A stretch of DNA of 64,000 nt from Candidatus Sumerlaeaceae bacterium (GCA_051003195.1 JBPCLP010000021.1:224001-288000); one strand, 5' to 3'; shown: positions 1-8,908, counted from the first letter of the stretch. Translations and numbers: made by a program. Notes: generated by a model from the sequence alone, not told the origin.

Positions 1-492
1 GATTTCAACGTGAACCAGAAGATCGCGCAGCAAGCGCCGGGAGGCACCGAGCTGCAACTGCTCGGCGGCAAACTGCCGTTAAACTACGAAAACAGTAACC
101 GCCTTACCGCAAAGCAGGTCGCCGGGCTCTTCTACCTGCTGGACCAGGAAGCGCTGGTTTCGCCCGGTGCAAGCCACGCGATGAAGGCGTACATGTTCCG
201 CCCGGTCGAGCAGCAGAAGCTGCGCGCGTTGAGCGGCATTGCAGCGGGGCTGCCGGTCGGCAGCAAACTGGTGAGCCTCAACGGCTACTCGGTGCGCAAT
301 TATCACGACGCGGGAATCGTGACGTTGCCCAGCGGTCAGCGGTACATCCTCTCCGTCATGACAAAGTATAACGATTATCCGACAGTGTTTATCCCCATCC
401 TGAGCCGCTTTATCGCGTTTCGGATGCAGACCAGCACTGGCACCGAGGATCCGGACCAGTACCTGTACATTCCGCCACTGGCGTCCAAGTAA
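1..492 (+). CDS. Serine hydrolase / class A beta-lactamase-like fold protein, 5'-truncated by the window edge
   Basis: Frame is open from base 1. 'NRLTAKQVAGLF' and 'YHDAGIVTLPSGQRYILSVMT' match the C-terminal half of the Beta-lactamase2 family. The KTG position reads LNG. Confidence 0.65.
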   Translation, partial: DFNVNQKIAQQAPGGTELQLLGGKLPLNYENSNRLTAKQVAGLFYLLDQEALVSPGASHAMKAYMFRPVEQQKLRALSGIAAGLPVGSKLVSLNGYSVRNYHDAGIVTLPSGQRYILSVMTKYNDYPTVFIPILSRFIAFRMQTSTGTEDPDQYLYIPPLASK

Positions 493-508
493 TCTCGAAA
501 GAAACCGC

Positions 509-553
509 AAACGGGCGGTGCCCCGGCAGCCGGGGGCGCCGCCCGTTTTCTTT
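509..553 (+). terminator. Intrinsic terminator
   Basis: GC-rich hairpin acgggcggtgccccgg...ccgggggcgccgcccgt followed by ttttcttt, just after the stop at 492. Confidence 0.75.
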
Positions 554-718
554 GTAGGCAAGGTCCCACCGCGGGCACTACAGCTTGACGGCTGGGGTTT
601 GGCAGCACGATTTGCGGGCGAAGCGCACTTAAATGCTCTGGATACAGGAGTGGCATCGGTTGACGCGGCGGCGAGGGCTGGCATATACATGAAGAGGCTG
701 GCCAACTATCGTAATTAG

Positions 719-1297
719 ATGAAAATCAATGCACAACATATGCGCGGCTTCTCGCTGATCGAATTGGCTGTGGTGGTCGTCATCACCGGGATGGTCTCGC
801 TCGTGGTTGTCGGTTCGTATTCCGCCATGAAACAAAAGCGTAATTTGCGCGGCGCGGCGCAGAGCGTGAACAGCGCGCTGGTCACTGCGCGCTCCTACGC
901 CGTAAGCCGCAATGCATGGCACCGCGTCGTCCTCCAGATGCGCGATCCTGTCACCAACCTGGAGCGCGCGTCCTACTGGATCGACGAGATTCAACCGAAC
1001 TCCAACACGACACCGAACCCTGCAGTGCCCGAGGCCGCCGTGCGGCCAAAGCTGACAACTCCGCAGTTGCTGCCCGTGGGCGTGCACTTCCTGGATGTAA
1101 ACGTAAACGGGACGACCTTCACCGCATCGGCCGAACAGAACATTGTAATCCGGTTTCAGCCCAATGGTTCGTCAGACCAGGCGAACATCCGGTTATACGA
1201 AGATTCGCAGGCGGCGAACCGGCCGACTCCCGTCACGACGATCAAACTTTTTGCAGCCACCGCCAAACCGCGTATCATCACGGATGATGGCACGTGA
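719..1297 (+). CDS. GspH/FimT-like minor (pseudo)pilin
   Basis: Class III signal HMRG|FSLIELAVVVVITG with E5. 'LVTARSYAVSRN' and 'IRFQPNGSS' are GspH/FimT-type motifs. Confidence 0.8.
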   Translation: MKINAQHMRGFSLIELAVVVVITGMVSLVVVGSYSAMKQKRNLRGAAQSVNSALVTARSYAVSRNAWHRVVLQMRDPVTNLERASYWIDEIQPNSNTTPNPAVPEAAVRPKLTTPQLLPVGVHFLDVNVNGTTFTASAEQNIVIRFQPNGSSDQANIRLYEDSQAANRPTPVTTIKLFAATAKPRIITDDGT

Positions 1298-1737
1298 GGG
1301 CTCGCCGTTTTTCTTCAATGGGGACACGCGGGCTCACACTGATCGAGGTGATGATCAGCCTCGCCATCCTCCTGGTTGGCGTGCTGGCCGTCGTTTATTT
1401 CTTCCCGCAGACGCTGCAGAGCGCGGCCCGGGCGGAATACCGGACAAAGGCCGCGGTGCTGGCGCAGATGAAAGCGGAAGAAATCCGCCGCGACGATGAT
1501 ACGACGCACACGTTGATTCATGCGATTGAGCAAATGCAGGTGCCCAGCACACCCGTCACCTTCTCGCAGGAGCCGAACCTCGCGTACCAGTTCAGCGGGC
1601 GCACGATACTCTACGAAGGCGAAACGCCCGCGGGCGATCCCGGTGTGGCGCGTGTGATCGTTCGCTATTCGCCAGAGTACCGCGTCAGTAACAATCCCAA
1701 CAAGGATGTGCTCTATGAGCTCCGCTTCGGGCCGTAG
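1294..1737 (+). CDS. GspI/PilV-like minor (pseudo)pilin
   Basis: TRG|LTLIEVMISLAILLVG and 'AAVLAQMKAEEIR'. GTGA overlap with the upstream stop. Confidence 0.8.
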   Translation: MRARRFSSMGTRGLTLIEVMISLAILLVGVLAVVYFFPQTLQSAARAEYRTKAAVLAQMKAEEIRRDDDTTHTLIHAIEQMQVPSTPVTFSQEPNLAYQFSGRTILYEGETPAGDPGVARVIVRYSPEYRVSNNPNKDVLYELRFGP

Positions 1738-1744
1738 AGTAGAG

Positions 1745-2752
1745 ATGGAGCCCACTACCGCCGCGCCGCAGGCGTCCGCGCCTGCGATCTTCCACGCATG
1801 CTATCACAGTCTGCGCCATTCCATGCAATGCTCCCGACGCAAGGGCATGACGCTGCTCGAAGTCATGGTCGCAGTGACAGTGACAGTGTTGATCATCGGC
1901 GGAGCGACGGTTGCGTTTATCCAATTGCTGCGGTCCAACGACCGCGCGCAGGCGCGCGTGGAAGCTACCGCCAATGCGCGCACGGCAATTGATGCGCTGA
2001 CGGTGGAACTGAAACGCGCGCAGACAACCGGCACGCTGACCGCCCGATTCGTCGGCAACACGGAATCCAGCGGATCTCTGACCGATGCGATTGACCAGGA
2101 CAACGATGGCAAGATCGACGAGGAACTGCTCAACGGTTTCGACGACGACGGCGACTGGCAGCTTGCCGACGACCGGCACGCGATCATCGATACAAGCGGC
2201 ACACGTTACGTCGAACGCCCGGTGTATTATCAGCACCCCGACCTCGACGACTGGCACATCGACGTGGATATCAAGCAGAGCTCCGCGAGCGTGGAGTTTT
2301 CAACCTTCGCGACACCGGGCGAGACAGACCCGCGCAGCGTGCGTTTCTACCTCGGGCTGGATCCCGATGGCGAGCCAAACACGCTGATGAAGCAGGTGAC
2401 CTCTTTCGACCCGGCGACATCCGCAATGGTAACCGTGGCCGGGCCCGTGGCGCACAATGTGTATAGCTTCGGACTGCTGTTCTGGGATGAAGCGAGCGCG
2501 CACGACCCGAACTCGAATCCATGGCGCACAAGCTGGGACGATACGATGAGCACGAGCACCTTTGCACCTGCCAGTGTTTACATGACCATCAGCGTGTATG
2601 CGGGCACACCATTGAAGCTGAACGAGGTACCTCCCGGCGACCAGATCCCGACGGTAACACTGACGAGCGTGGTGGATATCGAGGCGGTTCTGGCATCACC
2701 CGAGTTCCGCGCGATTAAGCTGCTTTACGGGGATATCCAGCCCCTGCCATAG
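1745..2752 (+). CDS. GspJ/PilW-like minor (pseudo)pilin (start uncertain: 1745 or 1823)
   Basis: RRKG|MTLLEVMVAVTV and 'ANARTAIDALTVELKRA'. Third gene in H-I-J order. Confidence 0.78.
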   Translation: MEPTTAAPQASAPAIFHACYHSLRHSMQCSRRKGMTLLEVMVAVTVTVLIIGGATVAFIQLLRSNDRAQARVEATANARTAIDALTVELKRAQTTGTLTARFVGNTESSGSLTDAIDQDNDGKIDEELLNGFDDDGDWQLADDRHAIIDTSGTRYVERPVYYQHPDLDDWHIDVDIKQSSASVEFSTFATPGETDPRSVRFYLGLDPDGEPNTLMKQVTSFDPATSAMVTVAGPVAHNVYSFGLLFWDEASAHDPNSNPWRTSWDDTMSTSTFAPASVYMTISVYAGTPLKLNEVPPGDQIPTVTLTSVVDIEAVLASPEFRAIKLLYGDIQPLP

Positions 2753-2892
2753 CTCCTTGGTGTGGTCTACCGTTAGTTCGACAAAACTGCCATTCGGCTG
2801 AATTTCCTGTTGCGATGGATACATTTATCATCATGATTAAGGACAGAGAGGCGAATCGTCGTCTGTCACCATTACCAAGAAGGAGTAAACAC

Positions 2893-3579
2893 GTGAACCA
2901 TCCATTCTCTGCCGCAAAACTATTGGCAGCGGCGGCCCTGACACTGCTGGCCACCGCGGCACCGGCTGCGTTCGTGATCAACGAAACCGACAGCGACACC
3001 ACCAACACGCCGTCCACGGACTTTTCTGAGTATGTGGAGCTGAAAGGAAATGCAAACGAGAGCGTAGCTGGACTCACGATCGTCTTCTTCAATGGAGGCA
3101 CCGGCAACGCAAATCCTCCCGCGTATCGAGCCATGGATCTGACCGGAAACGCCAATGCCAGCGGCTACTATATAATCGCGAATCCTGGCGTCGTTTCTCC
3201 TGATCCGGCAGTAACGTTCCCCTCCAATACCCTGCAAAATGGCGAAGACGCAGTAGCCCTGTGCTCCGGCACAACCGCCGCGGCATGGGGTGGCACAGTC
3301 GGTCCGTTCGCTACTCTTCAGGCTCCGCCGACGGGCAATGTGTTTGTCGACTCGATTGTTTATCAAACGGGGGCCGATGCAAACGCTACCTGGACCGGAC
3401 TGCCCAGCACGACTGTCTACGACGAATTCGATGCTGCAGCTACCGCATTATCGGGAGATTTTGCAAGTTTGTCTCGAGTTCCGGATGGCACAGGGACCTT
3501 CCAGCGGACGAATCGAACACCCTTAGCGACCAACGACGTCGGACCAGTCGCCGCCGTTCAAGACTGGCAAGTGTATTAA
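2893..3579 (+). CDS. Secreted lamin-tail-domain-like protein with C-terminal VxDWxxY tail
   Basis: AGGAG RBS at 2881 before GTG 2893. Sec signal ends APA. 'FVINETDSD...SEYVELKG', 'LQNGEDAVAL' and 'SLSRVPDG' are LTD-like. Ends AAVQDWQVY. Confidence 0.7.
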   Translation: MNHPFSAAKLLAAAALTLLATAAPAAFVINETDSDTTNTPSTDFSEYVELKGNANESVAGLTIVFFNGGTGNANPPAYRAMDLTGNANASGYYIIANPGVVSPDPAVTFPSNTLQNGEDAVALCSGTTAAAWGGTVGPFATLQAPPTGNVFVDSIVYQTGADANATWTGLPSTTVYDEFDAAATALSGDFASLSRVPDGTGTFQRTNRTPLATNDVGPVAAVQDWQVY

Positions 3580-3596
3580 CGAGCTACATTCTCGTG

Positions 3597-3627
3597 AAGC
3601 CCCCGGCGCATGCGCCGGGGGCTTTTT
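3597..3627 (+). terminator. Intrinsic terminator
   Basis: Perfect palindrome aagcccccggcgca/tgcgccgggggctt plus T-run. Confidence 0.85.
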
Positions 3628-3780
3628 ACTATAATCTTGCTCTGTATCCTGGTGCGCTGTCCCTGAAATTCGCGGCATAATTCCGGCGGAATCTTTTTGC
3701 ACCGAACGAATTTTCGCGGCCTAGTTCCAGGATTCCGGCTTTTTGGAATCCGCCGCCCGCACAATTCAGCTCAGGTTTTT

Positions 3781-3891
3781 TGCACCGAAGGTGCAGCGGG
3801 ACCCAGCCCAGGGAAAGGAGGCCACGGCTTTTTGTGGCCGGCGCAGCCCTGGGTTACAGCACCCCCCATTTTTCGCGCCCTGAAGGGGCGC
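3781..3891. repeat. REP-like palindromic element
   Basis: Three hairpins: tgcacc-gaa-ggtgca; cccaggg...ggccac-N8-gtggcc...ccctggg; gcgccc-tgaag-gggcgc. Layout resembles RAYT-associated REPs. Confidence 0.6.
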
Positions 3892-3961
3892 CGGAAACAG
3901 GCAGGCCCAGCCAAAGAAATCCGCTTGGCGCAATTGGCTTTGACAGAATAAACTTTGAGAC

Positions 3962-4001
3962 TGCAATTATCCTGCTCTTAGTGCAATTATCCTGCTCTTA
4001 G
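3962..4001. repeat. Perfect 20-bp tandem duplication
   Basis: tgcaattatcctgctcttag occurs twice back to back. Confidence 0.95.
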
Positions 4002-4029
4002 ATCGATCTACTTTACTTGAGGCCTTCCC

Positions 4030-4743
4030 ATGTTTTCTAAAGTTGTTCGCGCTTTCACCCTGATCGAGCTGCTCATCGTGGTGGCCATCATCGCCATCCT
4101 TGCGGCGATAGCCGTTCCAAACTTCCTGGAAGCGCAGATGCGCTCCAAAGTGTCCCGCGCAAAGGCGGATATGCGTACGTTCGCCACCGCAGTTGAGGCG
4201 AAGGCTGTCGACAAAAACGGCAGGTACAACTTTACTCGTTCCAGCCGGTGGATCTCGCCAAACCTCAAGAGTCTGACCACCCCAATTTCTTACATCACGT
4301 CGCTTCCTCAGGATCCGTTTATGCACAGCCAGATGCTCGGTTACACGGGAACAAGCGATCCGATCTGGGAAGAGAAGGAGGACGGAACTTACACGAATTC
4401 AGGAACTGCGGTTACGACGCCAAACTATGTCTATCAGTGGTACGACAACTCCCTACCGGGAGCCGGTACACCTGAAGCAGCAGGTAAACCTTGGTACGAG
4501 GTAAACCCGCACCCCGATTTCCCAATCTACTACAGCGATCCTTCCTCCATATGGTTCCCGAGTTTTAAGCTCTGCGTTGAAAAGCTCTCCAATCGCCAGT
4601 GGTTCCTCATTTCCCAGGGTCCCGCGTTCCTGAAAGCGGGGAACAACTATACGCCTTCGCGCAGCGTGGATTGGAAACAGCACCCCTACGATACCACGAA
4701 CGGAACGGTCAGCGCTGGCCTTGTCGTACGCGTTGGGCCGTAG
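4030..4743 (+). CDS. Prepilin-type N-terminal cleavage/methylation domain protein (orphan pilin-like)
   Basis: VRA|FTLIELLIVVAIIAILAAIAVPNFLEAQMRSKVSRAKADMRT; 'LTTPISYITSLPQDPF'; 'LISQGP'; C-terminal 'YDTTNGTVSAG'. Confidence 0.9.
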   Translation: MFSKVVRAFTLIELLIVVAIIAILAAIAVPNFLEAQMRSKVSRAKADMRTFATAVEAKAVDKNGRYNFTRSSRWISPNLKSLTTPISYITSLPQDPFMHSQMLGYTGTSDPIWEEKEDGTYTNSGTAVTTPNYVYQWYDNSLPGAGTPEAAGKPWYEVNPHPDFPIYYSDPSSIWFPSFKLCVEKLSNRQWFLISQGPAFLKAGNNYTPSRSVDWKQHPYDTTNGTVSAGLVVRVGP

Positions 4744-4797
4744 AGGTAGCTGAACCTCTTCGCCGTTCGAACACACGCACATTATGTGTCGATACCC

Positions 4798-4839
4798 TGA
4801 GCGCGGAGCGCGGCCCTCCGCTTTTTAGCCCACCACGCA
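4798..4839. repeat. REP-like half element, inverted copy of 5394-5435
   Basis: 42 nt matching the reverse complement of 5394-5435 with 2 mismatches. Confidence 0.85.
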
Positions 4840-4862
4840 CATCCTATGTGTCGATACCCTGC

Positions 4863-4900
4863 TTTCAAGTTTTCAAACGTTTTCAAACGTTTTCAAGTTT
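4863..4900. repeat. Short tandem repeat (tttcaa[ac]gt)x4
   Basis: tttcaagt tttcaaacgt tttcaaacgt tttcaagttt. Confidence 0.85.
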
Positions 4901-5343
4901 GCGGTGTAGAAGATTGAAATGCCTGCAGATAAATCAAACGGGCGAAAATCAATTAATTTCGCCCTTTGATTACGGTAATCCGCGCGTAATGTTCCGCCGG
5001 GGCGTGTGGGGTCCTGGCAACGGCGCTTGCGGATAGGCAGTTTTTTTCCGCCAGGCAAAAAATGCAGAGTGCCACGCGGATTGGGCGCAGAAGTCCGTCC
5101 ACCGTCGGTCACGGCGTTCGGGCCGGCATAGTTGTCAAAGAACGAGGTTCAGCTTACTACGCGGTCACGTATACACGAGTTTTGGGGGGCGGGTCTATTC
5201 CCGGGCGTACCCTTCAGGTGGGCTAAGTCCAATAAAGTCGAAAAAGATTTTTGGGCGAACGCCGCAGAAGTTTCGAGATCGGGAGCTGGCCCCGATCTCC
5301 AGAACTGCCGGGCGGGAAAATTATCCCTGCATGGCCTATTGTT

Positions 5344-5435
5344 AGCGCCGCTGCAAGCAGCTCCAGCTGAGGAGACAATCGTATACCCACCACTGCGTGG
5401 TGGGCTAAGAAGCGGAGCGCCGCGCTCCGCGCTCA
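5344..5435. repeat. REP-like palindromic element
   Basis: Hairpins cccaccac-tgc-gtggtggg and gcggagcgc-c-gcgctccgc. Confidence 0.65.
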
Positions 5436-5489
5436 TCAACCGCAGTCGACGGCACCCGCACGGGGCACCTCCAAGGCCTGGTTGTACGA

Positions 5490-6551
5490 TTAGTCCTGCT
5501 TGAGTTTGCGGCGGTGGATGCTCATCCGCACCTTATCCCACAGGCTGACCGGGTGGGTGAAGGGGCGCCACCAGAGCGCCTTGTTGGCGAAGTTGCCAAG
5601 GCCGCGGTCGAATGGTGAAACTTTGGCGTTCGGGTTGACCACTTCGTAGCCCAGCCTGGCGAGCAGCGGCCCGGCAACGGCTTCGAACACGCGCACCTGA
5701 TACGAGGACAGATCCTTTTTCCACCGGGCGGCGCGCTCCGTGTTGACGGGCTTGTTGAGCTGGCCGTGGATCTCGCGGCGCGGCACCCTGGCCGTGCCGG
5801 TGCGGTGGTATTCGAGCATCGCCTCGTGGAAAGGCTCGCCGACAAATGCGCAGATGTCGCGCATGTGTTTCTCCGGGCTCTCAACGAGATCTTCGTACTT
5901 GATCGTGTAGACGTTGTCGGGGTGCGAGTCCGCGAATTTGAGACCGTCCTCGACGGAGTTCTTCCATTTTTTGGCGGCGACATAGGCGGTGTTCGGACCA
6001 AAGGAAAGCGGAAGCAGGGACGCGGCGACGTCGCGCCCGTCGCGGATCAGATAGACGATCTTCGCGTCGGGGAAAAGCTCGAGCATGGTAGGCATCACGC
6101 GTTTGAACGTCGCCATCTTGTCACCCCACCGCGGGCGCTTGCGCTGCTTCGCGAAGAAAGTGTAGATAGCCTCCATGACGCCGGCATAAGTGGGCGCGGC
6201 CGTGCGGGCTAGCTCGGGCGCCGCGGCGGCAAGGCCGGGGATCCACTCATCGTGGACGCGCTCCATCCATGCATGGCACATGAACTTTTCGATGGAGAGC
6301 AGCAGTGCCTCGCGATTTTGCGGGTCGTTGAGGTCGCCGAATTCGTCGAGGTGCGCTTTAAAGATCGAAATGTATTTGGATTCGTAAGGCAGGGCGAAGG
6401 CCGGATGGTGGTCGAACATCTGGTGGAGAAGCGTGGTGCCCGAGCGCGGCGTGCCGATCAGAAAAACAGCCGGTTTTTTGGCCACCGGCAGGGTTGGTGC
6501 TGCGGTTGCGGAGGCGGTATTGACGGTGGCAGTTTGGGCGGAGTTAGTCAT
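5490..6551 (-). CDS. Sulfotransferase (Sulfotransfer_3 family)
   Basis: 5'-PSB motif 'GTPRSGTTLL', 'WGDK', 3'-PB motif 'IRDGRDVAAS', and 'YEDLV'. Confidence 0.92.
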   Translation of the reverse strand: MTNSAQTATVNTASATAAPTLPVAKKPAVFLIGTPRSGTTLLHQMFDHHPAFALPYESKYISIFKAHLDEFGDLNDPQNREALLLSIEKFMCHAWMERVHDEWIPGLAAAAPELARTAAPTYAGVMEAIYTFFAKQRKRPRWGDKMATFKRVMPTMLELFPDAKIVYLIRDGRDVAASLLPLSFGPNTAYVAAKKWKNSVEDGLKFADSHPDNVYTIKYEDLVESPEKHMRDICAFVGEPFHEAMLEYHRTGTARVPRREIHGQLNKPVNTERAARWKKDLSSYQVRVFEAVAGPLLARLGYEVVNPNAKVSPFDRGLGNFANKALWWRPFTHPVSLWDKVRMSIHRRKLKQD

Positions 6552-6820
6552 CGATCAAGCGTGTTGGTCTGACAAGTGGACGGTCAAAAGATTCGTGGTC
6601 GTTTTTTCGAGGGGTGAGGTTGGCGTGACGACGCTGACGGCAAGCGCGGTTGCGATGTGAAAGCTGGCGTTAGGCCTGTGACCCACACTCAAGAAGCGCT
6701 TATGGCGTAGCGTGTCAGATTGATACTCTTGGGCGGAATTGAGGGAATGCCCGGCACTTCCCCAAGCGATAGCTATTTGCTGCCGTTGGGTTTATAGTCC
6801 ATTGTTCTCCATCGGGGCTG

Positions 6821-6836
6821 CGGCACCCGTTTTGCA
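6821..6836 (+). promoter_or_regulatory. Putative sigma-54 (-24/-12) promoter of dnaK
   Basis: cGGCAC-ccgtt-TTGCA has canonical spacing and ends 48 nt before the dnaK ATG. Confidence 0.6.
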
Positions 6837-6884
6837 CAAATGTGAACCGCGAAACGGGAAACTGAAACGGAAGGCAGTTGAGTA

Positions 6885-8822
6885 ATGGGAAAAGTAATCG
6901 GAATCGATCTGGGAACTACAAACAGTTGCGTGTCGGTGATGGAGGGCGGCGAGCCCGTAGTCATCCCGAACTCCGAGGGTGGACGCACAACGCCGTCGGT
7001 GGTCGCGTATACGAAAAACGGTGAATTGCTGGTGGGCGCGGTAGCCAAGCGCCAGGCCATCACCAATCCACAGAATACAATTTTCAGCATCAAGCGGTTC
7101 ATGGGACGTAAGTACGACGAGGTTACCGAAGAGGCAAAGCGGGTACCGTACAAGGTGCAGAAGGCGTCCAATGGCGACGTGCAGGCGGATATCCAGGACA
7201 AGACGTATTCTCCGCCGGAAATCTCGGCGCGCATCCTGCAGAAGATGAAGCAGACGGCTGAGGACTACCTGGGTGAAAAGGTAACCCAGGCGGTGGTGAC
7301 GGTGCCTGCGTACTTTAACGATTCCCAGCGCCAGGCTACCAAGGATGCGGGGCGCATCGCGGGGCTGGATGTGCTGCGCATCATTAACGAGCCAACGGCA
7401 GCGGCACTGGCTTACGGACTGGACAAGAAGAAGGAAGAGACAATCGCCGTGTTTGACCTTGGTGGCGGCACGTTCGATATTTCAATCCTCGAACTGGGCG
7501 ACGGCGTGTTCGAAGTAAAGAGCACGAATGGCGACACGCACCTCGGCGGCGACGACTTCGACCAGAAGCTCATCGACTACATTGCGGACGAGTTCAAGCG
7601 CGACAACGGCGTCGACTTGCGCAACGATCCAATGGCGCTTCAGCGCCTGAAAGAAGCAGCCGAGAAGGCGAAGATCGAGCTGAGCTCTTCCACGCAGACC
7701 AACGTGAACCTGCCGTTCATCACGGCAGACCAGAGCGGACCCAAGCACCTGAACCTCGACATCTCCCGCTCGAAGTTCGAGCAGTTGATCATGGACCTGG
7801 TGGAGCGGTCGATCGCGCCGTGCCGCAAGGCGGTGGAAGACGCAGGACTAAAGGTTGACGGCATCGACGAGGTGATTCTCGTCGGCGGTTCGACGCGCGT
7901 TCCGATCGTGCAGCAGAAGGTGAAGGACTTCTTTAAGAAGGAGCCGAACAAGGGCGTGAACCCCGACGAGGTGGTGGCGATTGGCGCGGCCATCCAGGGC
8001 GGCGTGCTCGGCGGCGACGTAACGGACGTGCTGCTTCTCGACGTGACCCCGCTTTCGCTCGGCATTGAGACGCTCGGCGGTGTGTTCACGAAACTCATCG
8101 AGCGCAACACCACGATCCCGACCCGCAAGAGTGAGATTTTCTCGACTGCGTCGGATAACCAGCCGGCCGTTTCGATCCACGTGTTGCAGGGCGAACGCGA
8201 GCTGGCCCAGTACAACCGCACGCTGGGACGCTTCGACCTGGTCGGCATCCCGCCAGCGCCGCGCGGTGTTCCGCAGATTGAGGTCACGTTCGACATCGAC
8301 GCGAATGGTATCGTGCACGTGTCGGCGAAGGACCTTGGGACGGGCAAGGAGCAGTCGATCAAGATCACGGCTTCGAGCGGCCTGAGCGAGGCCGAAATTA
8401 AAAAGATGGTGAAGGACGCCGAGGAGCATGCGGCCGAGGATGCGGCGAAACGCGAAGAAGCCACGCTGAAAAACCAGGCAGACTCGCTCGTCTACGCCAC
8501 CGAGCGAACACTGAAGGAAGTGGGCGACAAGGTGGATCCTGCGGACCGGCAGGCTACCGAAGATGCTGTAGCTGAGCTGAAGCGGGCGGTGGAATCGAAC
8601 GACATGGAAGGCATGAAGTCGGGAGTTGAGAAGGTGAACACCGTCGCGCACAAGCTGAGCGAAGCGCTCTACCGACAGCACGCGAATGCAGGTGCAGGTG
8701 CGGACGCCGCCGGCGCGGGAATGGGCCCGGACTTTGGCGGCGGAGCATCGGCGGATATGGGCGGCAGGTCGTCAGGTGAGCCAGAAGTGGTCGAAGGCGA
8801 AATCGTGGACGAGAAGAAGTAA
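6885..8822 (+). CDS. dnaK: Chaperone DnaK (Hsp70)
   Basis: 'GIDLGTTNS', 'TVPAYFND', 'DLGGGTFD', '[13 protein letters not shown]'. Confidence 0.99.
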   Translation: MGKVIGIDLGTTNSCVSVMEGGEPVVIPNSEGGRTTPSVVAYTKNGELLVGAVAKRQAITNPQNTIFSIKRFMGRKYDEVTEEAKRVPYKVQKASNGDVQADIQDKTYSPPEISARILQKMKQTAEDYLGEKVTQAVVTVPAYFNDSQRQATKDAGRIAGLDVLRIINEPTAAALAYGLDKKKEETIAVFDLGGGTFDISILELGDGVFEVKSTNGDTHLGGDDFDQKLIDYIADEFKRDNGVDLRNDPMALQRLKEAAEKAKIELSSSTQTNVNLPFITADQSGPKHLNLDISRSKFEQLIMDLVERSIAPCRKAVEDAGLKVDGIDEVILVGGSTRVPIVQQKVKDFFKKEPNKGVNPDEVVAIGAAIQGGVLGGDVTDVLLLDVTPLSLGIETLGGVFTKLIERNTTIPTRKSEIFSTASDNQPAVSIHVLQGERELAQYNRTLGRFDLVGIPPAPRGVPQIEVTFDIDANGIVHVSAKDLGTGKEQSIKITASSGLSEAEIKKMVKDAEEHAAEDAAKREEATLKNQADSLVYATERTLKEVGDKVDPADRQATEDAVAELKRAVESNDMEGMKSGVEKVNTVAHKLSEALYRQHANAGAGADAAGAGMGPDFGGGASADMGGRSSGEPEVVEGEIVDEKK

Positions 8823-8845
8823 AAGAACAAGAACAGTAATAGCGG

Positions 8846-8870
8846 GCGGGCCGGAAACGGCCCGCTTTTT
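8846..8870 (+). terminator. Intrinsic terminator of dnaK
   Basis: gcgggccg-gaaa-cggcccgc followed by TTTTT. Confidence 0.9.
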
Positions 8871-8908
8871 CTGTTCGTGAGCGGTTTGATGCGGGCCGGG
8901 GGCGCTCT

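Noticed and set aside
660..689. Sigma70 promoter for the gspHIJ-like genes (TTGACG-N18-TATACA)
   Set aside because: The -10 lacks the conserved final T and the spacer is long and GC-rich; too weak to call.
4774..4861. Mini CRISPR array (26-28 nt repeats, 34-nt spacer)
   Set aside because: Only two non-identical repeats, no cas genes in the window, and the spacer is a local REP-like sequence.
6660..6884. CIRCE operator upstream of dnaK
   Set aside because: No TTAGCACTC-N9-GAGTGCTAA match found by eye.
7640..8681. Long antisense ORFs over dnaK (274 and 277 aa)
   Set aside because: Shadow frames expected from codon bias in a conserved GC-rich gene; no independent motifs.
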